From a virus, in the IMG/VR virus record IMGVR_UViG_3300007723_000001, positions 8,278 through 72,277 of that record: DNA of 64,000 nucleotides. One strand, given 5' to 3'. Position 1 is the first letter of the stretch, and the number at the start of each line of letters is the position of its first letter. The notes below the pieces were generated by a model, which saw only the letters and a program-made list of their open reading frames with translations, had not been told where the DNA came from and searched no databases. A program made the position numbers and the translations under genes. Positions 51,701 to 60,437 of the stretch are shown piece after piece.

Positions 51701-51746
51701 CTTAATAAGAGATGATATAGGCTCACCCACTAGACCTTTAGTTTAG
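48738..51746 (+). CDS. Contractile tail sheath protein with large insertion
   Basis: PRVQFIE...GIIGPFSRGPAN, GQWGNQLRI, LEDGYDG, ITTPG, RTLSTD..WDKVSYRR, VSIIPIYAMDYI. Confidence 0.92.
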   Translation: MNMPIPRVQFIEQNEGFSPVRPTVTNRIGIIGPFSRGPANRLRLISGYTDFANTYGSDGAIGSLAFQSAWDQGARDFGCLRILGRGKSAVGKIDFSGYSSKKNDMIFLMKFIGPATKRSERALRSNIMTSGDFTDGNSGRFWFKVDKVDDDDFIYIRYVFIADGQEGLINWNPVTRDPNSIALDSTFPSTLANKVLAEASQQSSISTSVLQIVGAEKRNFANGCLELPKPGEACTAAIVQGWRVIVEAGSMRWTYHIDNAGQNIRFDASNSGYIGTIPITVPGTTQGNDSYNTAIWGQEITITTTGVTNSKDAVLATATTSGVIYPSVFHVEDYFVVNKSDTGVPFAVDKGVFLTFDTLNTGDGVDLSPGDIWSVRILSKEYTIPIHEEAVPSQVVTAFASVMSGEDPVGEIKRNETDTGLLFELEPEWVGIEGNNWNYYLDLAEPDGEVVCEGSFFSGERYIQVPIRFATYIQEGAQVTTLEKPGIYGVYNISNPFDPLSPTSNPNKPVISSNTKVVRVEAPITGGGMAVIWLDKPIEMDFDSIAVFHFANPLGLSMTHYTQHQATFMQGGEDPPRRATRTLYTLGGVGLIQLFANSEGQWGNQLRIGVYPESSRTIRITIRDLDSDNYDPPLQDEVFVISLDQTDDNGVLTQLNASKFIRGIFIPKARNPSFNIKYLTMSPMRLAPSDQNIIDPEDPAYPDNYGPEYMSSFSLEDGYDGPPLNAEDYISGLNLIKDEPIHMITTPGLYNSREVKAQMLAQAKSATEIEGMRIAILNARPGLTPEASHNETFGFDSPHGVMVAGWGTYMGRVGAPRGGQSPDAYLAGKLAATPYFIGPNAKTSAGAVFGVAELDTMPHSSKGKLQRFTDARLEVLHLDRILNRFSFLNGRTLSTDTQWDKVSYRRTFNVIRTDLSKVMYPYLSEPNTPRNHTRMASAIDAYMSQRKRNGQISSATNASVNSPNPASGLVEIRVSIIPIYAMDYIDIYLIRDDIGSPTRPLV

Positions 51747-51758
51747 AGAATTAATATA

Positions 51759-52457
51759 TTGAAAGTTAGTAATGAAATACACACTCGCATTCACATTATC
51801 CTTGAGCTAACTATGCCTTTTGATTATTATACTTGGGTTAACGATAATTCTACTAATGAAAATACATGGTTTGGTGTATTTCAATCTTTAACTTTGTATA
51901 TTAAAAATCCTAAAGAAATCCATTTAGATTCTGTACAAACAAGTTCTACTACATTAAGCAATAAAGGTCGAATAGAATGGGTGTTAGAAACAGGAATGGT
52001 ATATATGGGTTTTGTTGAAAGAAGCTTTGGAGTCTCTTGTATTAGAAAAGATATTTACCCTACTAAAGGTCCTAGATTTCAAATATCCTTTGATACAGCA
52101 TTCACTCCTGATATCTTAATAAGCCCTACACTACAAGAAGTTAATGAAGACTCCTTAATTATTAGTTCTAATAAAAAGGATAGATTCAATAAACTAAGTT
52201 TTGAAGAACACTTCCTTTCTAATTCCTTAGAATCTAACCTCTATAAACATCTTGACAATAACTCTAGAATTAAAGAGACAGGTAGGTATGATTTACTAAA
52301 TGCTAAAGTAGATTGTTTATCTTTAGGATTAATGCCAGGTAGACGCGTAGCTGCTATCCGTTGGGAAGGAGTAGCAGAAGGAGTATGTTATCAAACAGAA
52401 CCAATTCAAAAGTTCATTAGGAGTGAACAATCCAACAGTAAAATAACTACTAAATAG
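51759..52457 (+). CDS. Tail tube-like paralog 1 (probable start ATG at 51813)
   Basis: WFGVFQSLTL, WVLETGMV, GPRFQISFD, GRYDLL, LGLMPGRRVAAIRWEGVAEG shared with 52581. Confidence 0.7.
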   Translation: MKVSNEIHTRIHIILELTMPFDYYTWVNDNSTNENTWFGVFQSLTLYIKNPKEIHLDSVQTSSTTLSNKGRIEWVLETGMVYMGFVERSFGVSCIRKDIYPTKGPRFQISFDTAFTPDILISPTLQEVNEDSLIISSNKKDRFNKLSFEEHFLSNSLESNLYKHLDNNSRIKETGRYDLLNAKVDCLSLGLMPGRRVAAIRWEGVAEGVCYQTEPIQKFIRSEQSNSKITTK

Positions 52458-52580
52458 ATTTGGATTATTAATATCTAAATAACAAACAATTTATAGATTA
52501 CATTGATTTTTGTATTTTAAGAGATGATAAAAGTTCGTCTATTTAATCAATTAAAAAAATTATCAACAGTTTAATTAATT

Positions 52581-53402
52581 ATGCCTTTTGAAGTACCTGA
52601 ACATCAAGATTCGTTATATTGTTCACCAGTTAATAATACTGGCTTAGACCCATTACAAGGTTTTGACTTCTTTGTATGGGTTCAAGATGTTTGTACTGGT
52701 AAAGTAGCGTGGTTTGGTTTATTCCAATCCCTAACTCTTTCTATAAGAGATGCTACTGAAACATATCTAGAACTAGGGCAAAGGATACCAATACATCTAA
52801 ATGGTGAAATTCAAATAGCCTGGGTACTGGAACAAGGAATGGTCGACATGGGCTTTATTGAAAGAACCTTTGGAGTCTCTTGTATTAGAAGAGATATGTA
52901 TATTACTAGAGGTCCTAGATTCCAAATATCCTTTGACGCACATGCCGCTGAATTGGAACAAGCAGCTGAGTATACTGCAGATGGTGTATTAGATAGAACT
53001 CAAGGAGACGCAACGGGTACTGGGTCAGGAGAACAAGGTGCAGGTTATAGATGGGGTGCAGATGAATATTTTACTTGGGATAGAGGAGAGTATGCTTCTT
53101 ATGGAGATTCTGATAAACCTGCAAGACCAAGAGCTACTGGTAGATACGATGTATTAAGAGCTAAAGTTGACTCTTTATCTCTAGGATTAATGCCCGGTAG
53201 ACGTGTAGCTGCTATCCGTTGGGAAGGGGTAGCAGAAGGGATATGTTATCAAACAGAAACAGTCCAGAGGTTTAAGAAAGAAAGACAAAACAAAAATGCT
53301 TCTGCTGGTGGATTTATTACTGGTAGTAACGGGGAGATTATAGGAACCCCTAGAGGCTCGGCTCCTTCACAAGCCAATAATGGGAACTTTGTATGGCAAT
53401 AA
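52581..53402 (+). CDS. Tail tube protein (most complete copy)
   Basis: Downstream of the sheath; DPLQGFDF, TETYLELG...IHLNGEIQI; beta-rich tube-like pattern. Confidence 0.75.
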   Translation: MPFEVPEHQDSLYCSPVNNTGLDPLQGFDFFVWVQDVCTGKVAWFGLFQSLTLSIRDATETYLELGQRIPIHLNGEIQIAWVLEQGMVDMGFIERTFGVSCIRRDMYITRGPRFQISFDAHAAELEQAAEYTADGVLDRTQGDATGTGSGEQGAGYRWGADEYFTWDRGEYASYGDSDKPARPRATGRYDVLRAKVDSLSLGLMPGRRVAAIRWEGVAEGICYQTETVQRFKKERQNKNASAGGFITGSNGEIIGTPRGSAPSQANNGNFVWQ

Positions 53403-53454
53403 AATTTCCATAATAAATATATAAATTTAAATACATTTTCTTTTAGCTCATTTA

Positions 53455-54009
53455 TTGTATATTAATTATTACGTACATATAATGAGCTATTTTAATATTC
53501 ATATGAATAAACCATCTAATACCAACAATTATGATTTCGTAGTGTGGGAAGATAATCAAGATCAGATTAGACGATTCGGCTTCTTTGAAACCTTAGTCTT
53601 ATCTGTAAGTGAAGTTAATGAGAATGTTCATCCTGATAAGTTAGTTATTAATTGGGTACTAGAAAAAGGCATGATGGCTACAGATAAAGTTAAAGAGATA
53701 TTGGATCTAGAAGAATTAGAATTAAATGAAAGTATTCTGGTAGAAGACCCAAATGAAATAAATTTTCAAATATCATTTGATTGTATAGATAATATATTAA
53801 AACCTGGTAATAAAGTTTTAAAAGGAAATCCAGGAAGATACGACATCATAGATTGTAGTATAAAATCTATGATTATACACAATGAGATAAGTGATAAATC
53901 CTTAAGGATAAAGGAAATAAAAGGCAGTTCTACTCAATATCTATTTACTGAAGGTAAAGATATTTCTTACATATTGAATCCTAGTAAGGTTAACGAACGT
54001 TACAATTAA
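53455..54009 (+). CDS. Tail tube-like paralog 3 (diverged)
   Basis: YDFVVW, FGFFETLVLS, WVLEKGM, FQISFD, GRYDII. Confidence 0.65.
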   Translation: MYINYYVHIMSYFNIHMNKPSNTNNYDFVVWEDNQDQIRRFGFFETLVLSVSEVNENVHPDKLVINWVLEKGMMATDKVKEILDLEELELNESILVEDPNEINFQISFDCIDNILKPGNKVLKGNPGRYDIIDCSIKSMIIHNEISDKSLRIKEIKGSSTQYLFTEGKDISYILNPSKVNERYN

Positions 54010-54064
54010 TTCAATAAATATTGATAATCATATTATTCTTAGTAATCCACTCAAAGATATATAT

Positions 54065-54505
54065 ATGACTACTACAGTTTCAGTTCCAAAACCCCCGATA
54101 GTAGTAAGAGCCCAACAAGACAATCCTATATTGCTATGGGTTCAAGTAAAATCTGACATAAAACTTCTAGGAGAATGTAAACGGCTAAATATATACGCTG
54201 AGAGTAAAAAGGAAACTAATGTTATTGATATAGAAGTTAATGTCTTTAATATAGAATCAGATTGTAGACCATGGATAGAAGACAAAATATTAAAAGAGGG
54301 TCTCAAGTTTGAAATGTCTTTCAGTCCCTATCTTATATCTAATGAGGAGAAAGATAGAAATGTGGGTAGATACGATTTATTAAACTGTTCTATAGACTCA
54401 CAAGTAGAAATATTTAAAGCAATGAGTTGGGATTGTAAAGCGGAAGGTTTATGTTATCAAACTGAAAGTATGAATAGCTTTATGGATAGCCTAAGTTATT
54501 CTTAA
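54065..54505 (+). CDS. Tail tube-like paralog 4 (most diverged)
   Basis: LWVQ, FEMSF, GRYDLLNCSIDS, W..KAEGLCYQTE. Confidence 0.6.
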   Translation: MTTTVSVPKPPIVVRAQQDNPILLWVQVKSDIKLLGECKRLNIYAESKKETNVIDIEVNVFNIESDCRPWIEDKILKEGLKFEMSFSPYLISNEEKDRNVGRYDLLNCSIDSQVEIFKAMSWDCKAEGLCYQTESMNSFMDSLSYS

Positions 54506-54511
54506 TGCTAA

Positions 54512-54856
54512 TCAACTATAAACTTCTTCATACTTAGACCACCAATAATCCAAATTATCATATTCTTTATGCGATTTCCTTCCAGACCAATTAGGAATAG
54601 TCATGATATTGTTTAGTATAAAATCTTGACTAACTCCTGCTTTATTTAATACGGCGGCAGCGTAAGGTATTGGTACTATACACTCTTGAGGAATAACTTT
54701 ATAAGGTTAGAAATCTAGTGTTTTAGAATCAACACATAAGTACTTATAGTTAGGATAGGAATTATTTGGATTTATAGTATTAGATCCAAATATGTCAGGA
54801 CAAGTGTCAACATCCCTTGGATAGACTTTATTATGTGTATATATCTCTCTAAACAT
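54512..54856 (-). pseudogene. Paralog of 54866..55366 with an in-frame TAA at codon 50
   Basis: GGAG RBS, then MFREIY...CPDI...KYLCVDSKTLDF*PYK...PIPYAAAVLNKAGVSQDFILNNI...DNLDYWW; homology continues across the stop at 54707-54709. Confidence 0.8.
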
Positions 54857-54865
54857 TATTATCTC

Positions 54866-55366
54866 CTACGTTAGTTTGTCAATAGAAACTTTAGTCTGTT
54901 TATTACCTGCATTGAGACACATAGCCCAAAATAGTTCTAAATTATCTAAGTCTTCTGTAATATAAAAATCTTGAGAATTAATATTTTCCTCATAGGCTGA
55001 TCTCAAAATATTCCTTTTAATAAAGTCTATAGAAAGTCCTTTATTATGTAAAACACAAGCAGCCAACGGTCTAGGTATAAATTGCATGTAGCTCTGATTA
55101 CCTACAACTATAACATCATAAGTAATTGGATCAATAAGTAAATATTTATTTGCTGTTGCTTTGCTATTAACTTGATATTTTATATCGTCATGATTAAGAA
55201 GCGGGTGTATATCAGGACTATTCTCTAGAATAGCTTTATTATAATAGTCATCATAGTGCTCCCATACCTTATATCCTATAAACAGGTAGCCTCTCCTAAC
55301 TACAGTGAAACTGTTATACCTTTGCGGTTCACGGTAATATTCCATTTCTACAGAATACTTCTTCAT
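54866..55366 (-). CDS. Hypothetical protein
   Basis: 166 aa with an AAGGAG RBS; paralog of the downstream interrupted gene. Confidence 0.7.
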   Translation of the reverse strand: MKKYSVEMEYYREPQRYNSFTVVRRGYLFIGYKVWEHYDDYYNKAILENSPDIHPLLNHDDIKYQVNSKATANKYLLIDPITYDVIVVGNQSYMQFIPRPLAACVLHNKGLSIDFIKRNILRSAYEENINSQDFYITEDLDNLELFWAMCLNAGNKQTKVSIDKLT

Positions 55367-55505
55367 AATTCATTCTCCTTCTTCACGGTAAGTGCCATAC
55401 ACTTTTTTTATAATAATCAATAAAGTATGAATAGATAAAATTATAAGAATAGTTAATAAGATAAGCAGACAATAAATATAACAATCATCAATTAAATATT
55501 CATAA

Positions 55506-58500
55506 ATGAATCGTATAGCAGTAAAAATCCTAAAGTCCTTTCGTCACATTTATGGCAATAAGGATGTTCATTTAAAAGCAGGAGGAGTTTATTACTTAGA
55601 TGTAGAGAAGCCAGAGGATAGAGATGAGCTCATCTATATGATGAGTGGATCATTTCCTTACAGATTCTTCATATCAATTGAGATGAGTCCTCAATTGATG
55701 CAGATTCTGGCTGTATCTAAATTTGATGTTTATGATAGACCTCCTGCCTCTCCTCAAGTAGGTAGAGTATATTTTAATCCTATAACTGGTAAAGCTTATA
55801 TATGGGATGGTACAACTTGGAAAGATATGACATGCTGCGGCTCCGGAGGTGGAGGCGGTGGCGGTGGTGGTACTACAGTAGTACCAGCCTTATTTGGAGA
55901 CGTCACTTCTTCAGGTTATAGTAATGAAGTCCAAATCACTCCGGGAGTTATAGTAGATGCTGATATAAGTCCAACAGCAGCTATTAAATTAAGTAAGTTA
56001 GAAAAGAATCCTTTAGACAGAGCTAATCATACTGGATCTCAATTAGCTAATACTATATCTGATTTCATTCCAACGGTAAAAACTGTAGCATTAAACCAGA
56101 TGGCCAAGCCTATTGGCAATCTGGATATGAACAACTTTAGGATTATAAATCTTCAAGATCCTCTTAATCCTCAAGATGCAGTTACTAAAAAGTATGTCGA
56201 CCAGGCAATACAAAACCTCAATCTAACCTTCCCTATCCCCTTAAGTCAAGGGGGTACAGGTATAGCTGCTAATACTGGTATAGAAGCCCTAAACGCTTTA
56301 GAAGGTGTAGGTGATGGTAGAAACTTACCTATCACAGGTAATGCACCTGCAAATAGTGGGAGAATCTTTGCTAATAAAACGAGGAATACTGGAGCCACTC
56401 CTTCCTATCTAAACTTCAGAAGAATAGCTGTCACAGCACCTCTAACACTAGTAGAAAATACGGATCATATACTTATAAGTTTAGGTGGTACTGGTACTAT
56501 TAACATAAATACCGGCTTAACTGGTTATCCACTAACTGTTGCTAATGGAGGTACTGGAGCTACTACAGCTCAAGGAGCTAGAGTTAATTTGGGAGCTGTT
56601 GGTGCGGGTCTTAATTCTATCCAACCAGCTACTACTGATGTAGGTAATGTTTTTAGAGATGTCATTAATAATGCTGGAGACATTACTATGCGCTTCAGGT
56701 CTCTTAAAGAAGTGGCCAATGGTGGTATAGACATAAATACAGTTGGTACTGAAGTAGAGTTTTCAGTAAGGGAAGGAGATTTAAATATTGGTAATATGGG
56801 TGGGCAAATAAACTTGGCAGGTGCTCAAGTTACAGGGATCTTACCTATCATTAGAGGAGGTACAGGAGCAAATACTATAGCAGGTGCCAGAGATAACCTA
56901 AATGTAGTATATGATGCCCGTATGATAGCTGGTGCTACAGGTCAATCAGTACTAGCAAATCCTGCAGTAGTTCAACAAGCTGGTGACGGTGGAGTCATTC
57001 AAACTAAAGGAATAAGAGCAGGAGCTAATGTAACTATTACGTCAACAGGTACTGATATAGAAATAAGTGCTGCTACTGGTGCTTCTTCTCTTGGTGCTAA
57101 TGTAGGTACTACTGGAGCTAATACAGGTCAAGTTTATGTAAATAATACTGGATCTACTCTTAACTTTAGGAGTATTGTGGCAGGTCCTGGACAGAATGTG
57201 GTTATGACAGGAAGTGACATAACTATAAGCCCAAATATAAGAAGTGCTTCTACAGCGGGGGCTCAAGTATTAGCTCCAGTACCGACCGTTAATGGTAATC
57301 CTTATCAGATAAAGAGTTTAGTACAAGGGAACGGTATTACCCTAACTGACACTAATGCTTCCATAACTATAGAAGCTAATCTTCAAGGTGTAGCTAATGT
57401 CGGTACAAGACCTGGACAAGTATATAGGGATGTAACAAACAATACTATTAATCTTAGGACTATAGGGGGACTGAATAATGACCCAGTACAAGATGGTATT
57501 ACAGTTACAACTACCGGGGATCATGTATTATTACAATCAAGAGTATTAGGTGCAATTAATATTGGTACAGGTAAAGAAGTTTATAATGATGCAGTTACTT
57601 TACCAGGTAGTCTTGAATTCAGAACTTTAGTAGAAGATTATGCCATAACACTTACTGAAACAGCACAAGAAATAAGTGTCAAGTTTAATCATACTCATGT
57701 TGGTGGTGAAACTGAAGTATTAAAAGCAGTAGGAGCAACACCAGGACCTGCAGAATTTAAGACCTTCAGAGCTGGCACAGGAATTATATTAGATAACACA
57801 ACAGATCCTGATGTAATAGAAATTAGGTCTGCAGCTGCGGCTTTAACTCCTGACTATGCTATTGATATTACTAATAATGTAATAAAGGTTGAAGCTGAGA
57901 ATTTAGCCGGGACAGGCGAGATAGTACTGTCTAATCCTGCTGGGGCTGCTGCGGATCCTATGAGGTTTAGAAGAGTATTGGCTGGTACCAATATATCGTT
58001 AGCTAACTCAACTACTAATGAAATAGTTATTGATGTTGACGGTGTAATAACAGACGGAGCTAATGTTAGTAGCATTATGCTGACTGGTTCTTATGGAAAT
58101 GGAGAAGTATTTAAAGATAAGACAGGTACTACACTTAACTTTAAAACTTTATATTTTGGTTCGCCAACAGTAGGTTATCCAGGTGCTGCTGTTAATAATT
58201 CTACAGATGATGTAGTAGTAGATCTTTATATAGTAAATGCTACTTCTTTATCTACAGATGAAGACATTTACACCACAGGGAACATAACGACTGCAGGTTC
58301 TACTTTAGAGTTTAGGGGTATTAAAGAAGGTGGTGCTATCTCTTTAGCCAACTCTACTACTACTGATGTTCAAATTGATGTAGTAGCTGAGAACTTAGGT
58401 ACTGGTGAAGATCTTATAATTAATCCTACTCCAGCTGTAGGTGAGAAGCTCCAAGTCAAGAGATTACAAGAAGGTCCTGGTATAGATTTAGACAGTACTA

Positions 58501-59666
58501 CTACTGCAAATACTATAATAATTAGTGCGGCTGCACCAGTCGATGATTATGGTATTGAAATCACTACTAACGCTACTACAGGAGTTTCTACTATAAAAGC
58601 TCATGCAGTAAACTTGGGTACAGCTGGTGAAATAGTATTAGCTAATCCTACAGGCGCTGCGGCTGATCCTATGGAATTCAAACGTATTAGTCCAGATGGT
58701 ACTAATGCGGGAATAACTGTTACTAGTAATGCTACTAATGTCCTTCTTAAAGCTAATGTTGGTGGTGCTATAAATGTTGGTACAGGATTAGATGTATTAA
58801 AAGGATTAAATGCTACTACCAATAACTTAGAATTCAAACGATTAGCAGATGGTTATGGTATTATACTTGATGACACTACAGTTGCCGATAGTATTTTAAT
58901 AAAAGCTCATGCTGCTAACTTATCTGGTAGTGGTCAACCTGTATTAGCTATAACTCCTACAGGTAATACAGATCCTTTAAACTTCAAACATATAAGTCCA
59001 GCAGCTACCAGTCCTGGTATAAACATTACAGCTGACGCTAATAATGTTTATATACAAGGAAGAATCAATAATGTTACACAAGTTGGTACAGGAGAGTCTC
59101 TATTGACCAATACTTTACCATTAACTGCATGGGGTGAAGAATTAGAATTTAAGAGAGTATTAGGTGACTATGGTATCGATGTTAGTACCGCAACTGGCGA
59201 TATAGTAGTTAAAGCTGAAGCTACAAATATTGGTACCACTACGGGTACAGCTGGTAAAGCCGCTGAGGATATATTAAATAATCCTACTGGAGGCGCAGCC
59301 GATCCTATGGAATTTAAGAGGATTGTAGGAATGGCAAATAGTGGTATAGATATTAGTACAGTAGGGGATACTATAGTTGTTGACTATACTGCCGGTGCTA
59401 ATAGTTATAGTACTCCTACCCCCTTAGCACCCGCTACTGGTACTACAGGAGCTCACGTATGGACAGTTACTCATAACTTAGGGTTAACTGGTGCTTTTGA
59501 TAACATAGTATTTAATGCTTATGACATGAACAATAATAGAGCAGTAATTCCATTTACAAGAATTATACCTGTGGATGCGAATACTACACAATTTGAATGG
59601 GTAACTGGAAGTAACCCGTCACCTACTACTTCTGTACACTTTAGAATAGTTAAGACTGAACAGTAA
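55506..59666 (+). CDS. Long fibre protein (1386 aa)
   Basis: N-terminal ~235 aa homologous to 17732; GGTGA repeats; about 17 repeats of NxGxG...(L/M)xF(R/K)x(L/I)..GxGI; C-terminal WTVTHNLG domain. Confidence 0.8.
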   Translation: MNRIAVKILKSFRHIYGNKDVHLKAGGVYYLDVEKPEDRDELIYMMSGSFPYRFFISIEMSPQLMQILAVSKFDVYDRPPASPQVGRVYFNPITGKAYIWDGTTWKDMTCCGSGGGGGGGGGTTVVPALFGDVTSSGYSNEVQITPGVIVDADISPTAAIKLSKLEKNPLDRANHTGSQLANTISDFIPTVKTVALNQMAKPIGNLDMNNFRIINLQDPLNPQDAVTKKYVDQAIQNLNLTFPIPLSQGGTGIAANTGIEALNALEGVGDGRNLPITGNAPANSGRIFANKTRNTGATPSYLNFRRIAVTAPLTLVENTDHILISLGGTGTININTGLTGYPLTVANGGTGATTAQGARVNLGAVGAGLNSIQPATTDVGNVFRDVINNAGDITMRFRSLKEVANGGIDINTVGTEVEFSVREGDLNIGNMGGQINLAGAQVTGILPIIRGGTGANTIAGARDNLNVVYDARMIAGATGQSVLANPAVVQQAGDGGVIQTKGIRAGANVTITSTGTDIEISAATGASSLGANVGTTGANTGQVYVNNTGSTLNFRSIVAGPGQNVVMTGSDITISPNIRSASTAGAQVLAPVPTVNGNPYQIKSLVQGNGITLTDTNASITIEANLQGVANVGTRPGQVYRDVTNNTINLRTIGGLNNDPVQDGITVTTTGDHVLLQSRVLGAINIGTGKEVYNDAVTLPGSLEFRTLVEDYAITLTETAQEISVKFNHTHVGGETEVLKAVGATPGPAEFKTFRAGTGIILDNTTDPDVIEIRSAAAALTPDYAIDITNNVIKVEAENLAGTGEIVLSNPAGAAADPMRFRRVLAGTNISLANSTTNEIVIDVDGVITDGANVSSIMLTGSYGNGEVFKDKTGTTLNFKTLYFGSPTVGYPGAAVNNSTDDVVVDLYIVNATSLSTDEDIYTTGNITTAGSTLEFRGIKEGGAISLANSTTTDVQIDVVAENLGTGEDLIINPTPAVGEKLQVKRLQEGPGIDLDSTTTANTIIISAAAPVDDYGIEITTNATTGVSTIKAHAVNLGTAGEIVLANPTGAAADPMEFKRISPDGTNAGITVTSNATNVLLKANVGGAINVGTGLDVLKGLNATTNNLEFKRLADGYGIILDDTTVADSILIKAHAANLSGSGQPVLAITPTGNTDPLNFKHISPAATSPGINITADANNVYIQGRINNVTQVGTGESLLTNTLPLTAWGEELEFKRVLGDYGIDVSTATGDIVVKAEATNIGTTTGTAGKAAEDILNNPTGGAADPMEFKRIVGMANSGIDISTVGDTIVVDYTAGANSYSTPTPLAPATGTTGAHVWTVTHNLGLTGAFDNIVFNAYDMNNNRAVIPFTRIIPVDANTTQFEWVTGSNPSPTTSVHFRIVKTEQ

Positions 59667-59689
59667 AAAGTTAATACAAATAAACCCAT

Positions 59690-59917
59690 ATGAACGTAGC
59701 AATCATCAGATCTCAAATAGCTAAGAAGAAAGGAGTAGATATTAATAGTATAGGAGTGTATGCTAGACGCCCTTATGATCCTAACTTCAGTGAAGAGCTA
59801 TGGAATAAATTAGATCAAAGAGAAGGTACTGAATTGGTACAAGGTGTCTTTTATGATGGTCAGGGAAGTTTTGATACTAAATTCTACTTACTAAAAGATT
59901 CAGAAAGGGTCATTTAA
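59690..59917 (+). CDS. Small hypothetical protein (possible fibre chaperone)
   Basis: 75 aa between the fibre gene and a terminator. Confidence 0.5.
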   Translation: MNVAIIRSQIAKKKGVDINSIGVYARRPYDPNFSEELWNKLDQREGTELVQGVFYDGQGSFDTKFYLLKDSERVI

Positions 59918-59949
59918 ACTGATAATTCTTAATTGAAATAGTATGAATA

Positions 59950-59981
59950 AATAGAGGAGAACAATCTCCTCTATTATTTTT
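59950..59981 (+). terminator. Rho-independent terminator
   Basis: AATAGAGGAGA / TCTCCTCTATT 11-bp stem, ACAA loop, T tract. Confidence 0.85.
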
Positions 59982-60006
59982 ATATGAGATTACTTAGAAA
60001 AATTGA

Positions 60007-60423
60007 ATGATTAAAGAAGTATTAGATGTAATTAATAAATTAGATAAATCAAAAGTTAATTTACCACTTAGGACGGGCGGAACTAAAGTAGAAAAGGCTT
60101 TGAAAGATATACAAAAAAGATTACCTGAACTAGATCAACCTAAACAAGCTTTATTAGCCATTCTTCTTCAACATCAAAGCTTAACAAGATTTACTGATCA
60201 AGAACTAAAAAGAGTTTCTGAATTGAGACTAGAACTATTAGATAATAATGTTAATGAAACACCTGTAAGGGCAATAAAATCTAATATGGGATTTTATGAT
60301 ACTGGTAGTTATAGAGTAAATACTCAATTAGCTAAAGCTAACGTAAACAGCAATCATCTAAATTATCTAATAGCTAGTCGTACAAAGAATATAGAACGTT
60401 TATTATTGGAACTTATATCTTAA
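60007..60423 (+). CDS. Hypothetical helical protein
   Basis: 138-aa ORF. Confidence 0.55.
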   Translation: MIKEVLDVINKLDKSKVNLPLRTGGTKVEKALKDIQKRLPELDQPKQALLAILLQHQSLTRFTDQELKRVSELRLELLDNNVNETPVRAIKSNMGFYDTGSYRVNTQLAKANVNSNHLNYLIASRTKNIERLLLELIS

Positions 60424-60437
60424 TTAACTAAAAACTT

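Noticed and set aside
48738-54505. Headless extracellular contractile injection system or tailocin
   Set aside because: Portal, protease and capsid genes are present and intact.
54707-54709. Stop-codon reassignment (alternative genetic code)
   Set aside because: This is a single internal TAA; all other genes are long under the standard code and end in TAA, TAG or TGA.
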